NCBI GenBank assembly: GCA_040954595.2
Contig: CM082593.2
Coordinates: forward strand, 5,163,434-5,227,433
From: Balanoglossus misakiensis
Lineage: Eukaryota > Animalia > Hemichordata
Length of the DNA: 64,000 bases
Direction of reading: 5' to 3'
Part shown: piece after piece, positions 24,740 through 37,600 of the stretch
Position numbering within the stretch: position 1 is the first letter of the stretch
Layout of the letters: each line of letters opens with the position of its first letter
Translations under genes and position numbers: made by a program
The notes under the pieces: generated by a model
Databases searched by the model: none
Told to the model about the DNA's origin: nothing
What the model saw: only the letters and a program-made list of their open reading frames with translations

Positions 24740-27375
24740 CTAGTGACGAGGCTTCTTCTGAAAATGCAACTTCTTCGTCAACATAGACATGTAACACGGC
24801 ACTTGCTTCTTGCCGATCATTTCGGGGTCGACGGCCCTCTCCACCTGCCTCTGGGAGACCATGCGGTTGACCAACGCCATGATTTCGCAGATCTCGATCT
24901 CTTCACCGTAGAACTCCAGGGCGTAGGAGAGAGCTTGCACAAACCAGGAACCGTAGTGGGTGTCTCGGTGGGAGTAATAACCTGGAAAAGAATACACCAA
25001 ATATCATTGTTGAACAACCCTGTCCCCTATTAAAATCAACAAATTTGCAATTATACTGAATCTAGCTGGTAACACACAATATGCATATATGGTACATATA
25101 TTCAATTTCTAGGTCAAAGGCAGTGTTCAGGGACTTAACATATGCATGTTCAATTGTAACAAGACATATTTCTGTCAAAGTTTTTTTTGCTAATTTTATC
25201 AAATTAATGGAATTACAACTGGGCCATCCCAAGCAGAAAGGGGTCTTATGGAAGCGAGATACTTTCGACCATCTGACCCCTTTCTGTTTGGGATGGCCCA
25301 TTACTGAAGCTATGACTCTGGGTCCATCCTGATTAAAGGTCAAATCAATGCATCTTCAATTTTTTTTTCATCTCCAAACTTCCTACCTTGAGTGACAGAG
25401 TAAGCAACAAAGAAATCGGCGCCTGCTGGGATTGTGGGTTGCGTACCGGCATCGGTCACTGTCATCGGTTCATCCGATGTTTCTTTTGAATCCAGTTCGT
25501 CAGGGGCATCAACGCCAATCTCGTGCTGATCTCCACGACATGCCTACAATGATAAAATGTTTTAATTATTTGAATGTCTTTAATTTTAAAGGTCCAAATC
25601 AGCAGTAAATTTAGGCATTTTCCCTCTTTCTTTGGGTCCTGTTTATCAACCAGAATTACTTTTTCAATTCAAAGCATCATTAAAAATTATCACAACACAA
25701 GCTTATTGTCCAATAGCTGATGCACATTTTAATCTTGCTTCAGAATAGTGTGTGAGTGAGAGGTCTTTGTCTTACAATTACTACCACAGGGCTGATAGTG
25801 TTTTTGTAAGATGAAAGAATTTCTATGGATGAGGAAAGGTCACTGACCTGGATGAAGAAAAGCTTGGGTTTCCCGGCGAGAGACGGGCAGCGATCAGCTC
25901 GGAACTGATCGATTAGATCTTGTAGTCTAAGGACGCCATCATGAGAATATACTATACCGTCATCGCCGTGACTTAGAAAGACACAGATGAAGGCATCACA
26001 GTCAGAATGATCAGTCCTGGCCGCTGCATAAATAAACACACAGAAAATATAATATGGTTAGGCATGTATTATTTAAGCAATAAAACACCCCCAGCCATGG
26101 TATACCACGAGATTTTGACCAGTTCACGACATATACGCACGAGCGATAGCGAGTGCGTATATGGAGTTGAACTGGTCAAAATCGAGTGGTATACCATGGC
26201 TGGGGGTGTTTTATTGCTATTATATTATGCCAGTATATTGAAACTTTGCATAAAACATTTTAAAAAGGCATTTTCTTTGACTATGATATATGACTGTGGT
26301 ATATGGCTAATATATCACGGTCATGTGTCGTGTCTCGACCAATCAAATAGCGTGATTTACACCATCAATATACTGGTATAATATAATAATCTATAATTTG
26401 TAATCAAATATTGACAACATGCTTTGTCAATGCCAAAGTACCAATGACAATTTCCTTTATTGCTGTATTTAAATGTAATCTGATACTGAAATTTATTTTG
26501 CCTAAACAGTCTGTGTTGTTGAGTTGTAAATACAGTGTTATAAATATAACAATGGAAGATTTTGTGTAGTGAGGAAATGAATCATCAAGGTCGATTCAAA
26601 TTTGAATATTAATTGATATAATGTCCTTGTTCATAATTTGATGTGTGTACATGTCCATCACTGCTATTCAAAGATACCAGCAGTAGTGACATGAGCTATA
26701 TATAGCAACCATCAAACCAATTTAGTGTTGATGGTCTTGTATCTGCTACTTATTATCTTTAATTGATCAATGTGTAAATTTCCCCCTTTGCAACAGTGTT
26801 TGCAACAGCCTGAGACAAAGTATCTCACCAAAGCCATTAAAGTCTGATCTGTGTCACAAAAGCAATTAACTGCGGTTACTTCATGGGCAGTTTTATAAAG
26901 CTGAACACCAAAAAAACCACCCTTACCTTCAAAAACCACTTCTCGTACTCTGACTGTGCTGTAGTCTTGACAAAGCTGAACTGAGAATCCCAGTTCACGA
27001 AATCTTTCCGTGAGATTATCCGCATCGATTTGAGTTCCCGAGCGCCGGTTCATACCCACGCTCCAGTGGAAATATTCGTGGTTAAAAATGATTGCAAAGC
27101 CTCTTTTCGGATTGTTCATCTTGTACTTTAAGTCGATTTCATCGTTGGCATAGGGACGCGACCGACTACTGTGAAGACAGAAGAAATTGCATTCAGATTG
27201 TATGTGTTTTATCCCCAAAGCGAGTTCATAACTTTTGGACCAAAGGCAAACCCTTTATGTCTCGCACAAAAGATGCTTACGTTTTACTTGATATTATATG
27301 TCGTCGACTTGAAGATCCTCTTGCGTCAACATCAGTTCCTGTGTCACCTTGGCCGGAGTCTACACTGGTTTCCAT
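24740..27375 (-). CDS. CASP6: Caspase-6-like effector caspase, catalytically intact
   Basis: Exons 27375-27281, 27168-26927, 26023-25848 (LSHG...KPKLFFIQ), 25543-25387 (ACRGDQH), 24981-24740 ([14 protein letters not shown]...[17 protein letters not shown]). QACRGxQH, GYYSHR and KKQVPC are caspase-6-like; short prodomain with TDVDA. Confidence 0.9.
25220..25300. repeat. 81-bp inverted repeat/hairpin (tiny MITE or miRNA-size hairpin) in a CASP6 intron
   Basis: TGGGCCATCCCAAGCAGAAAGGGGTC ... GACCCCTTTCTGTTTGGGATGGCCCA; 26-bp arms with one G:T pair. Confidence 0.8.
26070..26390. mobile_element. Palindromic non-autonomous DNA element with two consecutive inverted-repeat pairs, in a CASP6 intron
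   Basis: Near-perfect palindrome 26076-26218 (AGCAATAAAACACCCCCAGCCATGGTATACCAC...GTGGTATACCATGGCTGGGGGTGTTTTATTGCT). A second IR pair lies at 26221-26241 / 26365-26385. Confidence 0.7.
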
Positions 27376-28534
27376 GGCTGCAAGACAATATTTTCGGTAA
27401 TATTTAAAGGATGCTACATACACAAGATTTGCAATAAAACATGTATGTTATCGTATCCTGAATACTAGTATGTCCCACGGTCATTGAACACATACTGACG
27501 GTAGTGGTAGTGGTTTATGAATCATTGTCATCTGAGGAAGAAAGTAAACAATCGATTTCTGAGAAAGTGTCGACTGGGTGACTCATCACGACAAATAGGT
27601 TCGTAGATGTAGACTTGGTTTCGGGGTTTAAAATGTGCATTTCACTGGACAATGAACATCAACACAGCAGCAAACTTATTTCCTTCCTGGGACTAAACTT
27701 TCACGACTGTGGCTAAACCAAAGACGGTGTGGGGTGGACGATTTCCTATTTACAATGTCACATGCGAAGTATCACACTAACATTTGACTGTGATCGCTTG
27801 ATTCAACTCTCTACTGTCTATGATTCAACTTCTATACACATACACTGTCTATGATCACAGTCAGTGTGATCCCGACGCCTTTGCGAAGTATATTGCTCCT
27901 AGATCTACGATCTGACATTTTACTTTGATTCTATACTCACCCGAATTTTCCACAGTCTTACTATCGTCTGCCATGTGAACAACAATAAATGTGACACGGA
28001 CCGTACTTTACTTCTGTGAATAAATGTGACGTACCACATACAAAACACTATATTCAGGCAAGGTTCGTTAACCCGGAAGTTATAACGTCATTTTCTTGTT
28101 GGATTTCAGGAACAAAAGCGCCACCCACGACAATAATTTTCACTCGTTTTTTCTTTTCTTTTTTCTCATGTTTGCATAAATTTATAATGCTGCTTTCTTT
28201 ATTCAGGTCCCAAGTTTTCGAATAAGGAAATAGCACTTGAATCTGATTGCACGTTTCTTATTCGATTGAACCTGAAGTCTAAATGAATAATTATCACGTT
28301 GAGCTAGCTGGTTCCAAGTTTCTCATTCAGGTATCCTGGAATACGAAATATTTTTATTTTATTTAAAACACGCTCTAAACACACACAGTTGAAGTTTTGG
28401 GGAAGTAAGTGTTTATTCAAATAAGATCACATTTTTATATACAATTAAACGTTTTGCAAAGAGACTGGTTGTACAGTTCAGGGTATATGGCAAAGGTCAC
28501 TGAAGCCACCTGGTTTGAATGCACTTAAAAACCA

Positions 28535-28619
28535 GGTGACACGTAAGTGACCAATCAGAGCAGACCACTCTCACATTATGAGCTTTATGGTCTGTCCGTC
28601 ATCAGTTTTGCGCATGCCC
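28535..28619 (-). promoter_or_regulatory. SECIS element (type II) in the GPx 3' UTR
   Basis: Minus strand reads ATGA CGGACAGACCAT AAA GCTCATAATGTGAGAG TGGTCTGCTC TGAT (core 28603-28553). It has the AUGA/UGA quartet, a CAGACCA/TGGTCTG helix, unpaired AAA and an apical mini-stem, about 170 nt after the stop codon. Confidence 0.9.
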
Positions 28620-28774
28620 ACTATCGACCAGTCTCTTCGAAGAACATAACTTAATACAGAGAGTTCATCAGTAAATGAAGTCGAATGGTATGGATAGCTT
28701 CGTATCGATGGACAGAATAATATCACATCGCAGACAATCGCTCCCTGGAAGCCATTTTTAAAGTTTCACAAGAC

Positions 28775-31038
28775 TTAGTTTGTATTAGAAAGAAGCGTCT
28801 CTAACAGTTTCAGTCTTCCGTCGATGTTTCTAACCCTGTTTGTCTGTCGGTCACGCTGTCGAAGCAAAAACTCGACGTCTCCGGCGAGATCCCGGGGCTC
28901 GATTTCGGAGTCGTAGCGCTTGTACGGAATTCCGTTGTGATCGATGAGGAATTTGTTGAAGTTCCACGTCAGGTCGCCGATCTTTATCGGAGACCAGTAC
29001 AGTTGCTCCGGTTTGCCTATCTCTTCTTTCACAGCGGGACAGCTTTTCTGAAAAGACATAAAAAATATACCATCTGTCATCGAGTTGAAAATAGTTATTT
29101 TTTTCGACACCCATAATAAATTGCAACTCTTCAAACAGACGGGGCTACGACCAGATAACCAGTCTTGCCCCGTGCGCGACACGTAGCTACTAGTGGCATG
29201 TTCGACAAATTAAATTCGTCAAATTAAAAAAACAATTATCATTCTGTCCTTCATAGCCGATAGACAATGAGACTGAATCTGTCTGCAATTATGAGTTCAA
29301 TTATTTCTATCAAATGCCCACAAAATAAGATATCTCGTTTATTAATTCACACACTCGTTAAACGCCGGCCAAATGCGATTATCTGGCACTTTATGTAGTC
29401 CACTTGCCCCTGAATATTTGCAAATTGTAATTATACTGGAAAATACAGATGTATTTTTTTATGTTCAGCCAGCTACTGAGACAGGCGCTGCAAGTATCAG
29501 TCATTTTTTTCACTAATCGAAATTTAATTGGCTTCACATATGGATTTGGCGCTCACTGAATACGGAGACATATGTTTTTGTGACCCTAAAAGGCAATCTG
29601 TTAAGAGTATGGTATGGAGATTTGCAAACAGACGATATCCATGTTTGGCGCATTTTTGTGGGTGATCAATATTCCTTCTGCTTCACACCTGTATCCCGCG
29701 AGAGCTCTTTCTGCATGCGCAGATGTTCAATTTGTTTCTGTTCCGTTCTCTTTTTTCCCCGCGGTGACAATCACCGGCCGGAACATTGAGTAAATATCCC
29801 CGCTTCCTTAATTTTGACCGTCTGTTGTATGTACTGCTCAGCCTCATTATCTCGAAATCCTCCCGGCGCTCATTGCCCCAGAAATGAAAGACTTTGATGC
29901 GGGTAATATTTCAACGCTCGTCAGAAATCAATATAGGAGAGTGATCGATTTGGCGTCGCCTTGGCAACGTATTCGCGCTAGTCTTAAATTATTTCATCAC
30001 GCAGCTTGCACGTTATTTATAGCAATCACCAATTCCCATAACCTTCTTTCTTGTTCCAACTGGCATAATGCAAATAGAACACGACCAAGCATTTGAAGTC
30101 CATCCTTATTTTGCTTTCTATTTGACATACGAGATATAAAACATGCATGTGTGTCCGGAAATGCATGTTGAAATGAGTGATATGGCCAATTTTATTGTTG
30201 TATAAAATCACCCATTATTAATACAAGGTCCACGCTTGTTGGATCATGTTCGTTTTTTCTTGTTTATTCTAAAGTGAGCCAAAACCAGCTTTTTCGTCGC
30301 ATATTGCAGTGTTGTGTTTCGAAAGAGAATTCTATGATAATTTCTATGGATGACGAGGTAGATGGCCACTGAATTGAACAAGCACGTTATATCAATCTTA
30401 TCGTGACGTGATTATGAGCGCAAAATAATGACTGAAATAGGCCTCCGCAATCTTAAGATGTGACGAGAGCGTCACATATGCCCCTTGAAGGATATCATCA
30501 TCATCATCATCATCATCATCATTGAATACTGTTGATGTAGCTAGTCAAATATGTGACTGTTACTTACCTTGAGACTTGTGTAAAGTGGATGTTCGTCAGG
30601 TCCGTTCACATTCAGCTTTGCGAAGACATTGAAGTTTGGCTCGAAGCCGCCACCTGGTCGGACGTATTTCACTCCGTTCAGGATTTCGTTGTTCTCCCCC
30701 GGTTCCTGCAGCCCGAACTGGTTGCAGGGCAGCCCGATGACGCCGAAGCCGGAGTCGGAGTATCGGGAGTTGAGTGCATTCAGGGCCAAGTACTGATGGG
30801 TGTACGATCAGTACGTGGCCACGTTGACGACGAGCAGGACGGTGCCCCGCAGATCGCCGAGGCTGACGTTTCGCTTCCCGTCACCGTCTAGCGGGAGCAG
30901 CTGCAGCTGGTCGTCGTAGACGGACTCGGCGTCGTCCCGGCATCTCTTCTGCAGCGCCTGCTGGCCATCACCATCAGCCGCGGCCAGGCCGCAAAGGGCC
31001 AGGCCGAACAGGAGCAGTCTGTAGCCGACGTCGCCCAT
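28775..31038 (-). CDS. GPX: Secreted selenocysteine glutathione peroxidase (GPx1/3-like)
   Basis: Exon 31038-30568 reads signal peptide...VVNVATY-U(TGA 30810-30808)-SYTHQYLALNAL...PCNQFGLQEPG...YVRPGGGF. Exon 29047-28775 has WNFNKFL. The U/Q/W/N catalytic tetrad is present and a SECIS lies downstream. The ORF track splits the gene at the TGA. Confidence 0.93.
30495..30522. repeat. (CAT)n microsatellite in the GPx intron
   Basis: Run of tandem CAT units. Confidence 0.85.
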
Positions 31039-32043
31039 TACGGAATGCTTTCGAGCAGAAAACCTAACAAATGTTTTATAAATTCAGAGACTTCTCGTTA
31101 AATTTGCATACTCTTACTTTGCATATGTACCACCCAAACGAGAACATGACAGGCCTTTAATGCTTATAAAGCAGCTGCTTTAATATGTGTTTAAATAGCG
31201 AAATTAATGGTGTTTTTTGTTTGTTTCATTATAATGTATTGCTTATTTGGATTTTTTTTAGTCTTCATCAAGCCATGTACATATTCAGCGCTAGTCTGGT
31301 GTGATTTACGAGTCAATGATTCTTTTTACCATAGATTGAATAGCGATCACAAAGACACAGTGGTAAATGTGTAAAGTATGTATACAAGTTTATTCAACTG
31401 GGTACCGACAGTACAATAAGGGGGCCCCACTCTGTACAGGAGGGGTTAAAGTCAAAAAAAGGCACATAGACATAGGTACATATTTACAGATCAACTCATT
31501 TCGATGTCGACTTCGTGAGGAGTTCTTTGCAGGCAAAACTGCCATCGATCAAAGTCAACAATTTTACACTGGCTGTATGTAGAGAAATCTCTACAACTAC
31601 CTGTATGGACATGTTAGGAATGGATTGTGTGCTGGGCTGACAAAAAAAAAAACTAGGCATACCTATGACATGCAGGGTGATCAAAGATTTATTGAAACAG
31701 ATGGATGCCATGAAAAACGAGCTGTGAGCCCATTACTTTTATGCATACTTATTTTAGAACCTGTCATGTGGCTATATATACATCGGCTATGTTCGTTCCT
31801 TTTGTCAAATGCTGAAAGAACCATCTAGTAGAAAATACACCAAAAGACCAGTTCATCATTAAAGATGGATGTAACAGTCACTGAAATCTCTTTAAATAAA
31901 AGAACAATTCTCTTTTCAAAATTTTTGCTGACCCCCCCCCCCCCCCCCCCCCCCTCTGATGGTTACTGTTTGCCACGTGAGAAATAAACAAATATTGTAC
32001 AAAAAATTGATGTGTTCTAGGTTTTCAACAATAACAGCCGTTT

Positions 32044-33612
32044 TTAATTGGGTTCCTGGACTGAATATGGTTCGTTGATCCTGGGTTTGTTGGGGTTGTT
32101 TGCGATTAACCAATCTGCAAGCCATGTCTGTGAAAAAACAAAGGAATTCAATATAATACACTGGATTTTATCAAAATATTAACGAAGTGTGAGTAAAATG
32201 AATTATATCCTTTACAGTACAGACAGTACGTGAATTGCTACTTACTATTGGATCTTCTGGCTTCTGTTTGCAAAGTTCTGTCAAGCCCTTTAGTAATGTT
32301 GGGTTGACCACTTTTGAGAGATAATCTTTAGCAGCCTGGCCCGCTGGAATTGGCTCTACAATGCCTAGTAGAAACACACACAGATTTGTAAGTTGTACCT
32401 TTTATCCTGGAAAACCCTGATTTTGTCAGTCACTGTAGGCTAGTATAAATAAAGGTACATGTACCTATAAAGTCCAACTGGAACATGACTCTCTGGTTGT
32501 TAATATTGCATGCCAAGGGAAATAGTTCATAACTTGGTTATGCACTTTGAAATATACTGAAATGGATTTTCCTCATAATTAAATCAATGTATTACTTGGC
32601 TGTCGTTCCTCCTATTCAAAGAATGATTTGATCAATCATCACGTACAATACACATCACAGTGACAGGTAGTGCATGCAAACTACATTGTCAACACAGTGT
32701 AACTCTCACAGTACTTACTATCTGGGAAGAGAAACCTGATTTCCCTTTCTGCGCTGGAGTAACTGTCGCTGCCGTGGACTGCATTGCGTTGATCATCTGT
32801 ACCATACAGTGCACGGATGCTGAGAAGAAAGATTTATTGTATGATTCTTAATATAAGCATAAAATGCTGTTTATTATAGATTTTCAAAGCTGATGGTATA
32901 ATTAATTTTTAACAATAATGGGACAATATGATACATTTAAAAGCATGATATGTACACATGAAGTCATTTACCTGTCTGGATGGGTTTCTCTTGCTTTCAA
33001 TGTGTTCGTTGGCCCTATGAGCTCTCTCCAATACGATATTGAATTCTCTCTGGCTAAAACCAAGGCAACAATTGGACCACTGCTCATGTAGGCAACCAGA
33101 CTGGGGAAGAACATCTTGCCGTAGTGTTCGGCGTAGAAGTCGCTGGTTTGTTCAGGTGTTAGATGTGCTCGCCTTTTCTGATGGAAAAAATATAGACATT
33201 GAATAAGGAATATGATAGGGATTGCTGACTTTTAGGACCACAACTAGGTGGTCATGTTGATAGAATGGTTGTACATACTGTACATGTAATCTTTTGCAGT
33301 TGTCTACTCAATGTTTACTGTCGTGATGAAGGCGTATAAACGGGTTGGAACCAATATCTTACTGTTCTGGCTCAAACAGCCTTCACTTGATGGCCTGATT
33401 AATTAAACGATCTCGAAATGCCGATAAAAACAAACAATTTTTCTGTGACATGACTGATTGCTTACCTGCAAAATCGTGAATCCGGATCTCAGGATAATTT
33501 CTTCGATTTCGTCGGCTTTGTCGACACAATCTGGCTTTATTATGGCCAGAGTGCGCTCCACGAATATTTGTGGAGGGTCCATGGTCACAGTTTCCGTATC
33601 AATCCCAGGCAT
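32044..33612 (-). CDS. NME5: Nucleoside diphosphate kinase homologue 5 (NDK + DPY30 domain)
   Basis: Exons 33612-33466 (PPQIFVERTLAIIKPD), 33177-32972 (FYAEHYGKMFFPSLVAYMSSGP), 32819-32719 (RNAVHGSDS), 32364-32246 (VNPTLLKGLTELCKQKPEDP), 32127-32044 (WLADWLIANNPNKP). Confidence 0.95.
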
Positions 33613-33689
33613 TTTGTTTGGAACGTTAGAATTTTGCTGTATTTTGATGTGTACACGGTCCACACACTTCTTCTGGCACTGACCCTGCT

Positions 33690-33702
33690 GTTGCTATGTA
33701 AC
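33690..33702. promoter_or_regulatory. Candidate RFX X-box upstream of NME5
   Basis: GTTGCTATGTAAC about 80 bp upstream of the ATG. NME5 is a motile-cilia gene, a class typically RFX-regulated. Confidence 0.5.
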
Positions 33703-34609
33703 GTTGTTTTGATGCGACAGCGCAGGTGACTGCGCAAAGAGAGCGCCCTCTTAAGTGCGCGTTGTAAATCTTTTGTTCTTATGGATACAAACGCAACTTG
33801 TGCAGGCTATGATCCGATGAAGAATTTTCAGAATCAGAATTAAACGGACGCATTGCTGCAACTCTTGGCCTTCACATGATATAAGACAATTATCACACAC
33901 ACATTACACTTGTTGGTTATGGCAAAGACATTTTTATTCTGTCAATCCACAGCAAAAATGTTACAAGGCAAATTCTCATAGCACTGCATAATTTATCAAA
34001 ATTTTTGCTTTCTGCGGCACAAAACTAATCCTTGCACCAAATAGTCCAAAGAATCTGTTGTTAATTTAATGATCATTTCACACATTTTTAAGTTTATTCA
34101 TTTTTTTGGGAAAATCAATACAATAAGAAGCTAAGGACTTTCCTGTTCAGTGAAATAAATCTCATGACAGTCGAGTTGATGAATTTTATACCTTGTATTT
34201 ACTGCGCCATAAACATAACATCGGTACATCAAACTATTTTCCAAATTATACAGAAGTAGTAAATCCTGACAAAAATTAATCTCTGGGTAATTAGTAACAA
34301 CAGTGATTTACAAAAATTATCTTGATATCAAAATGAAATGTATTTATCAATAAGTGTAAACTAGTTGCATTATTTTTACAAAAAAATGTCGTCACCAAAG
34401 ATGAAAACAAAAATAAATCCAGAGTCTGCAATGGAGCCAAGAAACTTCGCAACATTTGAGGTAATTTTTTTATCACCACTGATTATACACGTATCCCAGG
34501 TGTTGAATGGCTCCTGCAGTTTTCTGTCTACAAGTGACTTTTACAGAAAAAGAGACAAAAATAATTCAAAATGACATATTTTTTTATTATATAAGCACGG
34601 ACTGTTGCT

Positions 34610-37600
34610 TTACCACACATGTAACTTGCAGTGCTGGACAGCCTGAAAGATAAAATCATATCATTAGATTAAATAACACTTGATATAATAGAAAGGAAAT
34701 CAATTCAATTCGATAAATTTTTATTATCCCAACATAGGCAATTTGTGGTGTGACAGAAACAACAAAATCCACCAAAAATCACTCACATACTATCAGAATT
34801 TAAAACAGTCAGACGCATTGATCACAATCACAATGGCTGTGCTCTAAAATCATATTCATTGTATGTCATAACATTACATAAAATCCCATAACCTTTGCAA
34901 TATTGCCAGTACAATACTCACATTGCACATCTTTGCATTAGTCTCACTGGCACACCAGAAGGCAGGCCCCATTGAACACTTCTTGGCTCCCAACAGGGGA
35001 TTACCGGTACACAGTCCGAGAACCTGGAAGAAGTATAAAGAATTATGCTGTGCTACTTTTTTAACGATAATCTTACATTCAATGTATCTTCAGAGCTATG
35101 AAGACTTACACTTTTCATTTCATTTCCACTAAACTTGTGGGAGGTCAGAATGGAAACGGGTTTACACACAATGGTACAGGAAGCCCAATTTCTAATTGCC
35201 ATAGCTTGCCTCTGACACATCAAGACCCAAAACATGACAAGACAACACATTGTTTGTCATTAACATCCTTCTAATTACACACAGCTTACCTGGCACACTT
35301 CATCTGGAGTCAACGACTGCAACAGTTGGAAAATGACGGGTCCATACTCCTGTACTAGTGAATTGCACTGGAAAAATGGGATAAGGTTAAATGAGGAGAC
35401 TGGCCATCACTATATTTGAGGTACCTTTATGATGCAAGTCTAAGATCATCTGTGTATTGTATTGTATTGTATTGCACTGACTGTTTTGGTATTGTACATT
35501 TTTTCATTGGATATAGAGTGTTGATAACATTTTATTGACAAAGTGTACAATTTTAGCAAGTGGACTGACCTCAGCTTTGATGGCGTCTGGCAAGATGTTA
35601 CAGAATTCCTCCAGGGCTTGTTCGATTTCCTGTTCGGTGGCATTCTTTTCCAATACGGTCAACAGATACTGAGCAGCTAATTTGCATAGGTCGCAGGTCG
35701 TGTCTTGAAGTTTAGGTGCTACATTGGGGAAGGGGGGGGGGGGGGAAGAGAGTATAATGATGAAGCGATCGAAGGCAAATTTTAAAGTCTCGTTTCATAT
35801 ACATAGAACAAGACAAGCCAGAATTTGCTCAGGTTTGGTAAATGATTTATGTACTGCTGGGTAAATACTTGAAAATGGATAACAGAATTGGAGGATTTAT
35901 ACTGCTGCTGCTCACGACTGACACGGCAGCGACCCCTTACCTTTGACCTCTTTTGAAGTGCACACCCCAATCAAGGTGCAGACCTGTGAGGGGTCAATCT
36001 CGCTGACAAGCAACTGAATGACTGCGGGGCCGTACTCTTCAACGAAGCTGGAGCACTCCTCACTGAGAGAACCTGGCAGGAGACTGCACACTTTGTCAAG
36101 AGCAGCGATGATCTCGCTCTGCAGAGACACAAAAAAAGGAAAATACTGATTACCATGACAACAGGGGACTGACAGAATGTAGACAGTTGAATACGTTTGA
36201 TGCAAAAACCTCGGTCACCAGGATGACTACGCTTTTGGAAAAAAAAAAAGACATTCTAACTTCACAGATCTGTGTCACTGCTACTTACCTGAGTGGCATT
36301 GTCGGACAACATCTGGTCAATTTCTCTCAAGACAAACTCACAAAGCACACACTGTGGTGTGGCGTCTACTGGGGCCTTCTTGATTGGTAGCTGTGGAAAC
36401 ACGAAATAGACACAAGTCAGCCTTTTGGTGATTGAGTAGTGGTTAGGAACACTAGCCATGGACAGGTCAAAATGTACTTCATGGGAAAAGAAGATGACCA
36501 TGCAGGCAACGACTTACATTTTTGGAAGGTCCACACATTCCAATCAGCTGTAACAAACAACAAAATACGATGGTTAGAAATATATTTTATTGTCAAATGC
36601 TACATGGAAATATAACAGATGTACTACATTTGGAACATTACATTATAGCATAAAAGATTTGTCTAAAGACATTTTTCATGAAGTCATTTTAACTTATGCT
36701 CATTGAACTTGAAGGGTATGAGTTCCAAATTTATGACCAACAGACGACACACATACACACTTGCACGTCACATAGACAGACAGACAGACAGACAGACAAC
36801 TCACCTGACAGACTTTGAGAGGGTCCGCCAACTGTTCCAACAACTCTGGAATAGCAAATCCATACTGGGTGATGATGTCATTACACTGCAAACATGAAAA
36901 TAAATTCGTTGATTGATTGACTGATCAGTCATTGAGATTTGATGAACAAGACTTCTCTAAATAATATACATTTGTAATTATCCACTTCTGCTTACCTGTC
37001 CTCTGATCTGGCCGGGGAGAATGTCGCAGAACTCGTGCAGAGCCTTCACAATGTCTTGCTTGGTTGCATTCTTGTCAAGGAAACTATCAAAATACTGTAT
37101 CACAAGCTTGCACAGATCACACTCGGTATCTTTCAAATCTGCAATGAAGGTCACGATGTAGTTTAAGAATTTATACACACATAACTTGTGCAGAGCTTAT
37201 GTATTCTATGAAATTTTCAATGTACCTAATTTGCCTACAACTGCAAGAGTGAATACTTACCCTTCAGTTTGAGGGCATTGCCAGAGCATAGTCCCAGTGT
37301 GGTGCAAATTTCCTTGGGGTCTAGTTTCTGCACCAAGAGCTGGATAATCATGGCGCCGTACTCATCAATGAAGGCCGTGCACTCTGCACGGATGGTCTGC
37401 GGCAAAATGGTGCAGACCTTGTCCACCACCGAGATGATTTCAGACTGAAAATCAAGAAACATAAAATAAGCGAATAATTCTTACAAACATCGGTCCAGGA
37501 CTTTCAGGGACTTGAATTGAAAAATTCTTAAAGAAAATGAAAGACACTTTGAGGAAACTCACCGCAGTTGAATTTTCAGTCAACAAGGAGTCGATTTCCT

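Noticed and set aside
30808-30810. In-frame TGA in GPx (and 43271-43273 in SelU) read as pseudogene stops
   Set aside because: Both sit at the catalytic Cys/Sec position and each gene has a canonical SECIS, so they are Sec codons.
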